From IMG/VR virus record IMGVR_UViG_3300006737_000028: a DNA stretch of 64,000 bases, one strand, 5' to 3'. This document shows, piece by piece, positions 20,171-28,285 of the stretch (positions within the stretch are counted from its first letter, which is position 1; each line of letters starts with the position of its first letter). The notes below the pieces were generated by a model. That model saw only the letters and a list, made by a program, of their open reading frames with translations, did not search any database and had not been told where the DNA came from. The position numbers and the translations under genes were made by a program. Origin of the DNA: an uncultured virus (IMG/VR IMGVR_UViG_3300006737_000028) (lineage: Duplodnaviria > Heunggongvirae > Uroviricota > Caudoviricetes).

Positions 20171-20278
20171 GTGCGACCCCCCTTCCGAACAGTGCCACGG
20201 CAAAAAGTCCGGTAAGGTTCCATAGGGTCTAGACCCCGCAAGTCATTTTCCCTTCTCAGACTTTTTTCGCCACACCCC

Positions 20279-20307
20279 TTGCATCCCTCAAACACTTCTG
20301 GTAGAAT
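20279..20307 (+). promoter_or_regulatory. sigma70-type promoter
   Basis: TTGCAT-17-TAGAAT with extended -10 TG. Confidence 0.65.
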
Positions 20308-20314
20308 CTTCAAC

Positions 20315-20758
20315 ATGAACATGAAACCGCTGATCAAAGACAACTGGTACAAGAAAGCACCTCACCCGGTGATTCAAAGATGTTACCAACTGGCAACATG
20401 GGAAGAGAACAAGGGTGCCCACTTCCTTGTCAACACCGAAGCAAGGGAGATCTGGATTCACCGACACACTCCGGGTCTTGATGATGTCGTTCGTATCTCT
20501 CTGATTCGTGTGGACGAGCATGGTAATGCCCTCTTCAACAGTCCTAACTTCGAACTGAATGTCTTGGAGGGACGAGATCTCTGGAACGATCATGTTGCTG
20601 GAGGGGCACAACACCTGAGACTCTTGGGGGGATCCCCGAACCGTTACGACGAATACATTGAACTTGACCCACTAGAATACGATGGGTACGAACCCCTGAA
20701 TGACCCTGTAGTCATGTGTCATGAGATCGAAAACCAAATCGAAATGGAAACAGAATGA
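20315..20758 (+). CDS. Hypothetical protein (possibly leaderless)
   Basis: ATG 7 nt after the -10 box; ORF runs to an ATGA overlap with the next gene. Confidence 0.6.
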   Translation: MNMKPLIKDNWYKKAPHPVIQRCYQLATWEENKGAHFLVNTEAREIWIHRHTPGLDDVVRISLIRVDEHGNALFNSPNFELNVLEGRDLWNDHVAGGAQHLRLLGGSPNRYDEYIELDPLEYDGYEPLNDPVVMCHEIENQIEMETE

Positions 20759-21129
20759 ACAACACACAAAACGAAATGATTGAAGTACTTCCCAAGTTGG
20801 TTCGCTCAGAGATCCGTGATCACCTTCTCAGTAAAGGCATCGCGGAGAAAGTCGAGGTTCATTACACCAACGACACCGAGACCTACCGTGCAATGCTCAA
20901 ATCCAAGTTGATGGAAGAGGCAGGCGAAGTCATCGGAGCGAACACTCGCGATTCCATGCAGGAAGAGATCGGTGACCTTATGGAAGTTCTCGACGCACTG
21001 ATCAAGACCTATGGTCTCAACAAGGCAGACATCGCATCCACGAAGGATGCAAAGCGAGAACGTAGCGGTGGATTCGAATACCCCGGAACCATCATGACAG
21101 GCATTCAATACACTGGAGATTCACAATGA
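20755..21129 (+). CDS. All-alpha NTP pyrophosphohydrolase (MazG-like)
   Basis: KLVR..I, KLMEEAGE, EEIGDLMEVL, KRERSGGF. Confidence 0.8.
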   Translation: MNNTQNEMIEVLPKLVRSEIRDHLLSKGIAEKVEVHYTNDTETYRAMLKSKLMEEAGEVIGANTRDSMQEEIGDLMEVLDALIKTYGLNKADIASTKDAKRERSGGFEYPGTIMTGIQYTGDSQ

Positions 21130-21270
21130 AAACACACGGATACGAATGGCTTGTATTCGGACTGCTTCTATGGGTTGCAGTCATGAATGAATGGTGGTGG
21201 ATTGCATCACTCACCACATGGACTCTTCTCTTCACTCTTATTCTTGCATTCCTCAAAGGAGCATCGACCC

Positions 21271-21639
21271 GTGATCTACCACCGAACGATTGAGAACACT
21301 GACACGCACTACAAGACTCTCTGGAGTGATGAGAGTCAGACACGATTCTTCGTGGTCTCTGCGACCGATGATCCTCATATCGGAGTCAACGAGACTATGT
21401 GCTTCGCTTCTGACAGCGAGGGACAGATCATTTCCTGGCGAGACCTTGCAGAGACTCATCCTGCCGTGCGAAGTAACGCGGAACATGAGACTCTCGCATC
21501 ACAAGCGTACGACGAGTCCGCGAAGGAAGTCATGGGAATTTCAGGAGGCCGAGCAGAAGAGCGAGACCTCAGAGAATCAATGGGCATGGGCCTGTTCAAC
21601 CACGCATACGCATTGGGTTACATCAAGGAGACTAACTGA
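21271..21639 (+). CDS. Hypothetical protein
   Basis: Likely GTG start after AAGGAG; ETMCFASD motif. Confidence 0.55.
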   Translation: MIYHRTIENTDTHYKTLWSDESQTRFFVVSATDDPHIGVNETMCFASDSEGQIISWRDLAETHPAVRSNAEHETLASQAYDESAKEVMGISGGRAEERDLRESMGMGLFNHAYALGYIKETN

Positions 21640-21836
21640 TGACCACCAGCACAAGCATTGACCTTACCAACACCATCACTTGCTACGGACTCTATGAAGT
21701 CCACAACGAAGCAGGGTATATCTACGAGAAGCGTCTTGCAGTCTACTCAGACATCGCGGAAGCACGATCAACTGCTCAGTCTCTTGAGGGACGTATGATG
21801 ATCGTTCGTGAGATCCCGGTTCTGGAGTCTGCATGA
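21639..21836 (+). CDS. Hypothetical protein
   Basis: AAGGAG RBS, TGATG coupling. Confidence 0.55.
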   Translation: MTTSTSIDLTNTITCYGLYEVHNEAGYIYEKRLAVYSDIAEARSTAQSLEGRMMIVREIPVLESA

Positions 21837-22102
21837 TGACTTCCTCTTCGGTTCAAGGAGAACCGTATCTGACCTCCAACGTGACCACCACGGTCATGCA
21901 CGGTCTTACGGACTCCTCAGGCAACCATGTGGTTGTCCGTGTGATGAATGATGGCATCTCCGTGTGTTGCGGGGATGCAGAGTGGAGAGGGAGAGTCGTT
22001 GATCTTCTTCCAGAGGTAAACAAAAATGTCCATGAAACAACCGACCAAACTTTATTCAGTCAACATTCCGGCAGCGGCAGCGGGCGCGTTCCGCGTGGGT
22101 AA
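21833..22102 (+). CDS. Hypothetical protein
   Basis: ATGA overlap within the operon. Confidence 0.45.
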   Translation: MMTSSSVQGEPYLTSNVTTTVMHGLTDSSGNHVVVRVMNDGISVCCGDAEWRGRVVDLLPEVNKNVHETTDQTLFSQHSGSGSGRVPRG

Positions 22103-22586
22103 ACCCCATCGTCTAGGAGATACTCACTTGTACCACGGGGAGACCTCAATCATGAGCGACCGGGCCTTAGAGTTTGCGGAAGCGATTCCGTTCCTCGATG
22201 CCGCACACGGAGATGTCCTGTGTGCAGGCCTTGGACTTGGTGTGTTGCACAAGGCACTCATGGAGAACGAGAAGGTTCGTTCAGTCACCATCGTCGAGAA
22301 GTATCAGGATGTGATCGACCTTGTGTGGGATCACTGTGAGAAGGATGATCGCTTTCGATTGATCAATGCAGACATCTATGATGTTCACTTCGACAAGAAC
22401 AATGATCTCTTTGACGTTGGTTGGTTCGACTCATGGACATCGGAGACTGGTGAACCAGACTACCCGCTTGATCCTTACAACTACCAGAAGGACATGCTAG
22501 AGCGTTTCGAACCATTCGTGAAAGAGATGTTCTTCTGGAAGGACTATCGAAAGTGCGATTGGATTGAACAGATTGAACAAGATTGA
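22026..22586 (+). CDS. Class I SAM-dependent methyltransferase (spermidine-synthase-like fold)
   Basis: DVLCAGLGLG, VTIVEK, INADI, FDVGWFD motifs. Confidence 0.8.
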   Translation: MSMKQPTKLYSVNIPAAAAGAFRVGKPHRLGDTHLYHGETSIMSDRALEFAEAIPFLDAAHGDVLCAGLGLGVLHKALMENEKVRSVTIVEKYQDVIDLVWDHCEKDDRFRLINADIYDVHFDKNNDLFDVGWFDSWTSETGEPDYPLDPYNYQKDMLERFEPFVKEMFFWKDYRKCDWIEQIEQD

Positions 22587-22590
22587 TGAC

Positions 22591-22664
22591 GGCGGTGTAG
22601 CCCAATCGGCAGAGGCAATGGATTCAAAATCCATACAGTGTGGGTTCGAGTCCCACCACCGCTA
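22591..22664 (+). tRNA. tRNA-Leu(CAA), short variable loop, CCA not encoded
   Basis: GGCGGTG/CACCGCT acceptor stem, ATGGA-TT CAA AA-TCCAT anticodon arm, GTTCGAGTC T-loop. Confidence 0.9.
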
Positions 22665-22685
22665 TTGATGATGAAAGGATTTGAA

Positions 22686-22895
22686 ATGAATTGTTTTGAT
22701 TGTGGTAACAAGATCCCCGAAGCACGACTGCAAGCGGTTCCCGATACTGAGTATTGTGTGAACTGTGCAGACAAGCACACGGAACCCGTGGTTGGTAGAA
22801 TGATCTACAATCACAAGACTGCCGGTGAGGTAATCTTTGCGAGAGGTAAAGAGAACATTCGACGGTTGAATCGAGAGTATGCAAGGGCCCGTTGA
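22686..22895 (+). CDS. DksA/TraR-type C4 zinc-finger protein
   Basis: CFDCGNKIPEARLQAVPDTEYCVNC. Confidence 0.85.
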   Translation: MNCFDCGNKIPEARLQAVPDTEYCVNCADKHTEPVVGRMIYNHKTAGEVIFARGKENIRRLNREYARAR

Positions 22896-22971
22896 TGTTG
22901 ATTGTTCTTCTTCTCGGCTGGATAGCACTCTTTCTCTACTTTACCTACTGCCAATGGAGCGATGAAAACGA

Positions 22972-23388
22972 ATGAAATATGTAATGATTGTAATGTTGAT
23001 GTTGACACTGACCGACCGTGCTACTGCGGTTACCGATAAGGAGATGGATCGTGTACTTGCTGCTATTCGTATTGTTGAGTCTAACAATAATCCTGATGCT
23101 GTGGGCGACTCGGGGAATGCTATCGGCGTTTATCAGATTTGGACTTCTTATTGGAAAGATGCTACTGAACGCAGTGGTATTGGTGGTGTGTATCTGGATT
23201 GCTATAAGCCTGCTTACGCTGATCGTATCGTCCGTGCATACATGGCTAGATACGCAACCGACCGGCGTCTTGGGCGCCCTGTGACGATGGAAGACATCGC
23301 CCGCATTCACAATGGTGGGCCAAACGGATACAAGAAAAAAGCAACTCTCAAGTATTGGGAGAAAGTCAAGAAGGAATTGAACCGATGA
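22972..23388 (+). CDS. Secreted lysozyme-fold enzyme resembling invertebrate-type lysozyme/destabilase
   Basis: Signal peptide; AIRIVES, GVYQIWTSYWKDA, ARIHNGGPNG, YWEKV. Confidence 0.75.
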   Translation: MKYVMIVMLMLTLTDRATAVTDKEMDRVLAAIRIVESNNNPDAVGDSGNAIGVYQIWTSYWKDATERSGIGGVYLDCYKPAYADRIVRAYMARYATDRRLGRPVTMEDIARIHNGGPNGYKKKATLKYWEKVKKELNR

Positions 23389-23579
23389 AAAGTTTTCTAT
23401 ACGTTTTTCTAATCACATTCGTGGTCGCATTGATCGCGTTTCCCCTCTCTGCTCTGTCATTCTGGTTGGTATCATTCCTCTTGGATACGCTTGGATACTG
23501 GGGAACAGTGGGACTCTCAACGATCATGTGTTGTCTTCGTGTCATCCTTGACAAAAGCATCTGGAAGGAATTCTCTTGA
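23385..23579 (+). CDS. Small membrane protein
   Basis: Two hydrophobic segments; ATGA overlap with the lysozyme gene. Confidence 0.55.
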   Translation: MKSFLYVFLITFVVALIAFPLSALSFWLVSFLLDTLGYWGTVGLSTIMCCLRVILDKSIWKEFS

Positions 23580-23872
23580 ATATCGAAAACCAACTTGGAA
23601 CAACTTGCTACATCAGTGATGCTCTAACAGGCATCGAAGTATCTGCTCTACTTGCACACAAGGTTGCAACATCAGACAAACTCACAGTGGATAGCATCAA
23701 CACAACGATTGACATTCTTAGCAATGAAGATGCACAGACAGTGAACAGTTTCGTTGACATTGCATCGGCAACAGGCATGGTCAGTGAGGAAGAAGAGGAG
23801 ATTCTCATACACAATCTTCAAGTGATTGATGACAGTCTACAGACGATGGAAGAACGTCTCAGAAATTTTTGA
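23576..23872 (+). CDS. Acidic hypothetical protein
   Basis: TTG start after AAGGA. Confidence 0.5.
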   Translation: MNIENQLGTTCYISDALTGIEVSALLAHKVATSDKLTVDSINTTIDILSNEDAQTVNSFVDIASATGMVSEEEEEILIHNLQVIDDSLQTMEERLRNF

Positions 23873-23881
23873 TAAAGGGTG

Positions 23882-23909
23882 TTGACACATTCTTATCACA
23901 GGGTACAAT
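23882..23909 (+). promoter_or_regulatory. sigma70-type promoter
   Basis: TTGACA-16-TACAAT. Confidence 0.8.
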
Positions 23910-23921
23910 TACTATTCACAA

Positions 23922-24197
23922 ATGGAGAAACCCATGAATCACAACAGTATCAAATTCCACAGGCTTGGTCACGCAGGAACTCCAGCAAACCCATGCTTAG
24001 ACTTCGTTCGGGATGAAGAGGGTAACCCCTCCGTTGCGTTCTCTGGATTCGATTCCAAAGAACAATGTGATGCTTTTGATATCACGGATCTTGATCGAGT
24101 GATTGAGATGCTCAATGAAGCAAGGGCAATGCTAGACTATGAAAACAAGAAGTCGAATACGCCCGCATTCGATTTCAATACACCGGAGAATTGCTGA
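23922..24197 (+). CDS. Hypothetical protein
   Basis: ORF directly after the promoter; true start may be the second ATG, after GGAGA. Confidence 0.6.
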   Translation: MEKPMNHNSIKFHRLGHAGTPANPCLDFVRDEEGNPSVAFSGFDSKEQCDAFDITDLDRVIEMLNEARAMLDYENKKSNTPAFDFNTPENC

Positions 24198-24523
24198 TGA
24201 CAGAAGGAATGGAAATCATCTACGACTACGCACCAGAGGACTTTGAACCACATGGAGAGTCTGTAGTAGTCAAGAGAGATGATGATGTCGAGAAGACAGA
24301 AGCAGGTATTATCTTTCCGAACAACAAGGTCCGGTGGACCGGAACCATCCACGCAATGGGTGATGGTAAGCGTTGCAAGGAACTACAGGAAAATGGTCTG
24401 ATGGACGTTGGTGATCGTGTCGTCGTCTGGCCTGAAAAGTATTACACGGTTGCAGATGATCCAAAGTACATGCTCATGAACGTGAACAAAGTCTTGGGTC
24501 GTATTCAAAAGGCCTCTTCTTGA
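24197..24523 (+). CDS. GroES-like co-chaperonin
   Basis: FEPHGESVVVKR...KTEAGIIFP...GTIHAMGDG...VGDRVV...VLGRI. Confidence 0.8.
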   Translation: MTEGMEIIYDYAPEDFEPHGESVVVKRDDDVEKTEAGIIFPNNKVRWTGTIHAMGDGKRCKELQENGLMDVGDRVVVWPEKYYTVADDPKYMLMNVNKVLGRIQKASS

Positions 24524-24546
24524 GGTCGAACATAAGGAGGAGCATT

Positions 24547-24741
24547 ATGGCTTCTAAGAACTGCCCTGTTATGGGCGAATGTGAAAAGGACATCGTGTCC
24601 AGTACTCTTGGCAAGATTGGTGTGTGTCGTTCGATGCTCATCACCCTCGCACTTCTGCCCTTTTCTTGGGACGGTGTTGTTTGGGTTGCCTCTTCACTCA
24701 AGTCCGTTTGGGACGCAGCGACTTCCGCAGTCGGTTCCTGA
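24547..24741 (+). CDS. Small membrane-associated hypothetical protein
   Basis: AAGGAGG RBS, hydrophobic core. Confidence 0.6.
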   Translation: MASKNCPVMGECEKDIVSSTLGKIGVCRSMLITLALLPFSWDGVVWVASSLKSVWDAATSAVGS

Positions 24742-24768
24742 GTGTTGAAAAAACTTTGAGAAAGTCTC

Positions 24769-24796
24769 TTGACAGTGTTGACATCGGTGGTACAAT
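24769..24796 (+). promoter_or_regulatory. sigma70-type promoter
   Basis: TTGACA-16-TACAAT with extended -10 TG. Confidence 0.8.
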
Positions 24797-24835
24797 AACC
24801 GTGTAACAAAAACAGGAGAGAACTCAAATGTGAGA

Positions 24836-25010
24836 CACACCCTACTATGAATTATGTAAGAAGTAAAATTATTATTATTGAGTAGGGTGAGACCCTGACC
24901 TGTGCGAAAGCACGAACAGTGGTCATCTCTAACCGTCCCTCTAGGGGGAAACCTCTAGACGGACTTTCAAAAAACGCAAAGACTTAGGCGACGGAAAGTC
25001 AAAGCGTATT
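24836..25010 (+). ncRNA. Candidate structured RNA or long 5' leader
   Basis: Stems CACCCTACT/AGTAGGGTG, GTGC-GAAA-GCAC, CTAGGGG-GAAA-CCTCTAG, CCGTC/GACGG; no long ORF. Confidence 0.45.
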
Positions 25011-25050
25011 TCAACTTTTAGAACTCGTCGCAAATTTTGGAGTATTCATT

Positions 25051-25275
25051 ATGACCCGTACCAACACCACTAAGCGTCGAATCATGGACTACCTTGCAAC
25101 TGGTAAGACTCTTACCGCTGCTGAAGCACAGTCCCGATTCGGTTGCGCCAACTTCCGCGCCACCATCAGCGACATCAAGTCGCAGGTTGAGCGGTACAAC
25201 AACTGGGCAATTGTTTCCCAGACCACCAAGACCACCGGCAAGAACCGTTACGCCATGGTCTCCCTGAACGGTTGA
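25051..25275 (+). CDS. Winged-helix/HTH DNA-binding protein
   Basis: RIMDYLATGKTLTAAEAQSRFGCANFRATISDIK; GGAG RBS. Confidence 0.75.
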   Translation: MTRTNTTKRRIMDYLATGKTLTAAEAQSRFGCANFRATISDIKSQVERYNNWAIVSQTTKTTGKNRYAMVSLNG

Positions 25276-25397
25276 GGGACCGTTCATGGACTCCCCCGCG
25301 TGGGGGAACACATGATCAGAGTCATGGCTGATCATGAAAATTAGGTGTGGGTGGGGGCAACCCCATTCACGCTTTTCAAACTGAAAGAATCAAAACA

Positions 25398-25673
25398 ATG
25401 AAAACTACTAAAACAAACTACATCATCGAGTACCATTCAGATATGTTCACCGAGTCTCGTAGAGAGCGGGTGAAGAATAAGAAAACGGGAAAGATGGAAA
25501 TAAAGAACATCAAACCCAATCCAGAAACCACCAAGGGTTTCAAGGTTGTTGAGGTTATCAATCCCAACCGAAGCAGTCACATGCCCGGCACTTGGTTGAC
25601 TAAGAAGCAAGTCTTGACACAAACTCAATTCTCAGATGTCGTAGTCAAGACTCCCCGAGAACGGAGATACTGA
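25398..25673 (+). CDS. Basic hypothetical protein
   Basis: ATG after GAAAGA; TGATG coupling to the next ORF. Confidence 0.55.
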   Translation: MKTTKTNYIIEYHSDMFTESRRERVKNKKTGKMEIKNIKPNPETTKGFKVVEVINPNRSSHMPGTWLTKKQVLTQTQFSDVVVKTPRERRY

Positions 25674-25852
25674 TGAGTGATAAACACGCAGCAGGAAAAG
25701 GTAGTCGTTACCGACCTGTGGACCAAGATAAGTATCGAGAAAACTACGAAGCAATTTTCGGAAAGCCAAAGAAGGAAACCAAGAATGACAGATCCAAAGA
25801 TTCTAAGACTGACAACCGGCGAAGAGATTCTAAGCAAGACGGAAGAGACTGA
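25673..25852 (+). CDS. Small basic protein (GKGSRYRPVD...NYEAIF), 59 aa
   Basis: Translated by hand, below the ORF-track cutoff; GGAG RBS; motif resembles small phage proteins. Confidence 0.6.
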   Translation: MSDKHAAGKGSRYRPVDQDKYRENYEAIFGKPKKETKNDRSKDSKTDNRRRDSKQDGRD

Positions 25853-26099
25853 CGCAGGATGGTCCCTAGTGGATCCTGTGATCCTAGTCCCCACCGGCGG
25901 TAAGGGTCTCGCCCTCGCTCCGTGGCTTCCATATCGTGCTGAGAACAGTGAACTCGTTATCAATGAGAAGAACATCGTGTTTATCACGACTCCTCATCCT
26001 GATCTCATCAAGGAATACGTTGCTGCTACCAGCAAGATCATTACTCCACCGAAATCCGATATCGTTGGAATCGTTGGACCCGGTATGATTACCGAATGA
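25785..26099 (+). CDS. Small beta-barrel (Sm-like) protein of T4-like phages
   Basis: KILRLTTGEEIL...LAPWLPY...IVFITTP; AAGGA RBS. Confidence 0.7.
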   Translation: MTDPKILRLTTGEEILSKTEETDAGWSLVDPVILVPTGGKGLALAPWLPYRAENSELVINEKNIVFITTPHPDLIKEYVAATSKIITPPKSDIVGIVGPGMITE

Positions 26100-26104
26100 C
26101 ACAT

Positions 26105-26178
26105 GCGCCTGTAACTCAATTGGATAGAGTAACGGCCTTCTAAGCCGTAGGTTACAGGTTCGAGTCCTGTCAGGCGTG
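26105..26178 (+). tRNA. tRNA-Arg(TCT)
   Basis: GCGCCTG/CAGGCGT acceptor stem, ACGGC-CT TCT AA-GCCGT anticodon arm, GTTCGAGTC T-loop. Confidence 0.93.
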
Positions 26179-26183
26179 CTGCC

Positions 26184-26256
26184 GGATCGGTAACTCAATT
26201 GGTAGAGTAGCGGGCTTTTACCCCGAAGGTTGGGAGTTCAAGTCTCCCCCGATCCA
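26184..26256 (+). tRNA. tRNA-Lys(TTT)
   Basis: GGATCGG/CCGATCC acceptor stem, CGGG-CT TTT AC-CCCG anticodon arm, GTTCAAGTC T-loop. Confidence 0.88.
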
Positions 26257-26268
26257 TTGGAGATAAAC

Positions 26269-26775
26269 ATGGATTATGATTTGACTGGTGAAGCGATTGC
26301 GTCGAAGACGTACTCCAATCTAAACAAACACACAACCGAACCATACTGGAGAGGATCAGTCTTCGAAGACTTTGCTATGATCCGGTCTCCACGATCCCGT
26401 GGTGCTGCTGGTGAGAAACTCGTCAGCGATATCTTTGAGTCACACGGACACGCTGTGAAGCGATCACGGACATCTCAGTATGACAGACTCATTGCTGGTC
26501 ATAAGATCGAGATCAAGGTTAGTACAACATGGGATTCCACTCCCAATAACTTCCGATGGTCTCAGATCCGAAACCAACCATACGAGCGAATCGTATTCTG
26601 TGGGATCAATGCCAATGAATTGAAACTGTCATGGGCAGAGAAGTCTGATCTAGAGAAGTATGTGTTCAACGATGCACATAGACAACACGCAGGTCAAAGA
26701 GGGGGTCTTGACATCTACTGGATCGCTGGTAGAATTGAAGACTTCCACTGGATGAGATCAATAGGAGAATTTTGA
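26269..26775 (+). CDS. Restriction-endonuclease-like PD-(D/E)XK nuclease
   Basis: GAAGEKLV...YDRLIAGHKIEIKVST...WSQIR. Confidence 0.65.
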   Translation: MDYDLTGEAIASKTYSNLNKHTTEPYWRGSVFEDFAMIRSPRSRGAAGEKLVSDIFESHGHAVKRSRTSQYDRLIAGHKIEIKVSTTWDSTPNNFRWSQIRNQPYERIVFCGINANELKLSWAEKSDLEKYVFNDAHRQHAGQRGGLDIYWIAGRIEDFHWMRSIGEF

Positions 26776-27044
26776 TGGGTACACTAAACGAACATGATGC
26801 AGACAAGGGACGTTGTTTCGTGACTTCACGATTCATCGCACCAAACGAATCCGCCCGATTCACATCTGAGTTTGACGCATGGATTTCTACACAGGGTCAG
26901 CGTATGATTGAGAACTGGGTAGGTGAAGGTATGAAGACTCCCAACAAAGAATGGGAGATGATCTACCGCGAGTGGTATGCCACAGATGAGTCTGCCGCAG
27001 GACGAGAAGAACACAGGGACTTTCTTACAGAAGATCGGAACTGA
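26772..27044 (+). CDS. Hypothetical protein
   Basis: AGGAG RBS, coupled to the upstream stop. Confidence 0.55.
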   Translation: MMGTLNEHDADKGRCFVTSRFIAPNESARFTSEFDAWISTQGQRMIENWVGEGMKTPNKEWEMIYREWYATDESAAGREEHRDFLTEDRN

Positions 27045-27052
27045 AAAGACAA

Positions 27053-27274
27053 ATGACTTTCAAGGAATCTTTACAACGTAGTTTGGTAAAGGCAATTGGG
27101 TTCCGTATTATTGGATTCATCATGTGCTTCCTTATCATAAAGATAGGAAGTGAGAATGACATCCTCCTCGCAATAGAAATAAATGTATCTGCATTCATTC
27201 TGTATTTCGTATACGAACGTATCTGGAACAGTATCAAGTTAGGAAAAGTACAAGATGGCAAAACGAGTGATTGA
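27053..27274 (+). CDS. DUF2061-like small membrane protein
   Basis: ESLQRSLVKAIGFRII...LYFVYERIWNSIKLG. Confidence 0.7.
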   Translation: MTFKESLQRSLVKAIGFRIIGFIMCFLIIKIGSENDILLAIEINVSAFILYFVYERIWNSIKLGKVQDGKTSD

Positions 27275-27437
27275 CCAATTTGACATGGAAGCAGAACGCG
27301 AAGGAAACGCGATCAAAGGACATACCGTTATTCGTCGCGGGTGGGGCAAAGGCATCACAAAGCAGCGAAACATGCACAAGCGTGGAAATGAAATCCTCAC
27401 GACACGGGTCGTGAACAAACTCAAAGTTTTCAAGTAA
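27255..27437 (+). CDS. Small basic hypothetical protein
   Basis: AGGA RBS, co-oriented. Confidence 0.55.
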   Translation: MAKRVIDQFDMEAEREGNAIKGHTVIRRGWGKGITKQRNMHKRGNEILTTRVVNKLKVFK

Positions 27438-27448
27438 GGAAACAAACA

Positions 27449-27598
27449 ATGGACATGAAGACCTACATCTATCTGCTCACTGGCATCCTCACCTATTGGG
27501 GAATGTGTGCGCCGGACTCTCCGAAGGAATTTGATCTGAACAGAGACGGGTGTGTTGACTGCATGGATCTCATGCAACTGATCTGGAATTTCATGTGA
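27449..27598 (+). CDS. 49-aa protein with a dockerin/EF-hand-like motif
   Basis: Translated by hand: MDMKTYIYLLTGILTYWGMCAPDSPKEFDLNRDGCVDCMDLMQLIWNFM; AAGGA RBS. Confidence 0.6.
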   Translation: MDMKTYIYLLTGILTYWGMCAPDSPKEFDLNRDGCVDCMDLMQLIWNFM

Positions 27599-27602
27599 TC
27601 AC

Positions 27603-27983
27603 ATGATTGATTGTCTTGAACTATGTGATACGGCGTTTCCTATTGCCAAAGAAATCAATAGGAGTCAAAAGCATGTGTCGTTTATTCTAGACAGAAAGGG
27701 TAAGATAGTTTCGATTGGGACGAACACACGAAAGACACATCCAAAAGCCATGGAACATGGTTATCGCTTCTGTGAATTGCACAGCGAATTGGATTGTTAC
27801 CTTCGTCTTCCTCAGTCTCGTCGCTCTGATAAACTTACTCTAGTAAATTTTAGATTCAATCGGTTTGGGGACATGAGAATGTCACGACCGTGTACTAAGT
27901 GTATGCCTTGGTGTAGGGTAGTTTTTGAACGAATCATATACACCACTGATTATGGATTCGAAGAAGTAAAGGATATAAAATGA
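27603..27983 (+). CDS. Zinc-dependent cytidine/dCMP-deaminase-fold protein
   Basis: SIGTN, LHSE, SRPCTKC, IIYTT. Confidence 0.75.
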   Translation: MIDCLELCDTAFPIAKEINRSQKHVSFILDRKGKIVSIGTNTRKTHPKAMEHGYRFCELHSELDCYLRLPQSRRSDKLTLVNFRFNRFGDMRMSRPCTKCMPWCRVVFERIIYTTDYGFEEVKDIK

Positions 27984-28156
27984 ACGTGAAGCAAATTATC
28001 GCAAACACCTGCTATGGACTTGGGTTCGCATCCATCGCACTTTCCGCATACGCATACTCGGCAAGCGGAGTTGATAACGCGACCTATCTCGGTCTCTGGG
28101 TTCCGTCCTTCATTCTGGTCGGACTGCTCTTCGAAAAGTGGAGTATCGAAGACTAA
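27980..28156 (+). CDS. Small two-TM membrane protein (58 aa)
   Basis: Translated by hand: MNVKQIIANTCYGLGFASIALSAYAYSASGVDNATYLGLWVPSFILVGLLFEKWSIED. Confidence 0.6.
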   Translation: MNVKQIIANTCYGLGFASIALSAYAYSASGVDNATYLGLWVPSFILVGLLFEKWSIED

Positions 28157-28176
28157 AAAAAATTGTATAAAGTGGG

Positions 28177-28204
28177 TTGACAGAAGTTCGATCCAACATA
28201 CAAT
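28177..28204 (+). promoter_or_regulatory. sigma70-type promoter for the tmRNA precursor
   Basis: TTGACA-16-TACAAT with upstream A-tract. Confidence 0.8.
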
Positions 28205-28210
28205 ACTTAT

Positions 28211-28270
28211 GTCATCGAAGAAGGAATGGATGACTGAAACCACACGGGGGTTCGAATCCCCCCGACTCCA
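28211..28270 (+). ncRNA. ssrA: Permuted tmRNA, acceptor piece (tRNA-like 3' end)
   Basis: T-arm GGGGG-TTCGAAT-CCCCC then CGACTCC-A, which pairs with GGGGTCG at 28493 including the G3:U70 Ala determinant. 5' boundary inferred from the promoter. Confidence 0.85.
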
Positions 28271-28285
28271 CTGAAAGGAACGGAT

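Noticed and set aside
28230..28270. Isolated T-arm and acceptor as a tRNA pseudogene or attP remnant
   Set aside because: It pairs precisely with the tmRNA 5' end at 28493, sits behind its own promoter, and no integrase is present.
28014..28274. 86-aa ORF from the track
   Set aside because: It overlaps a better small membrane ORF, the promoter and the tmRNA acceptor piece.
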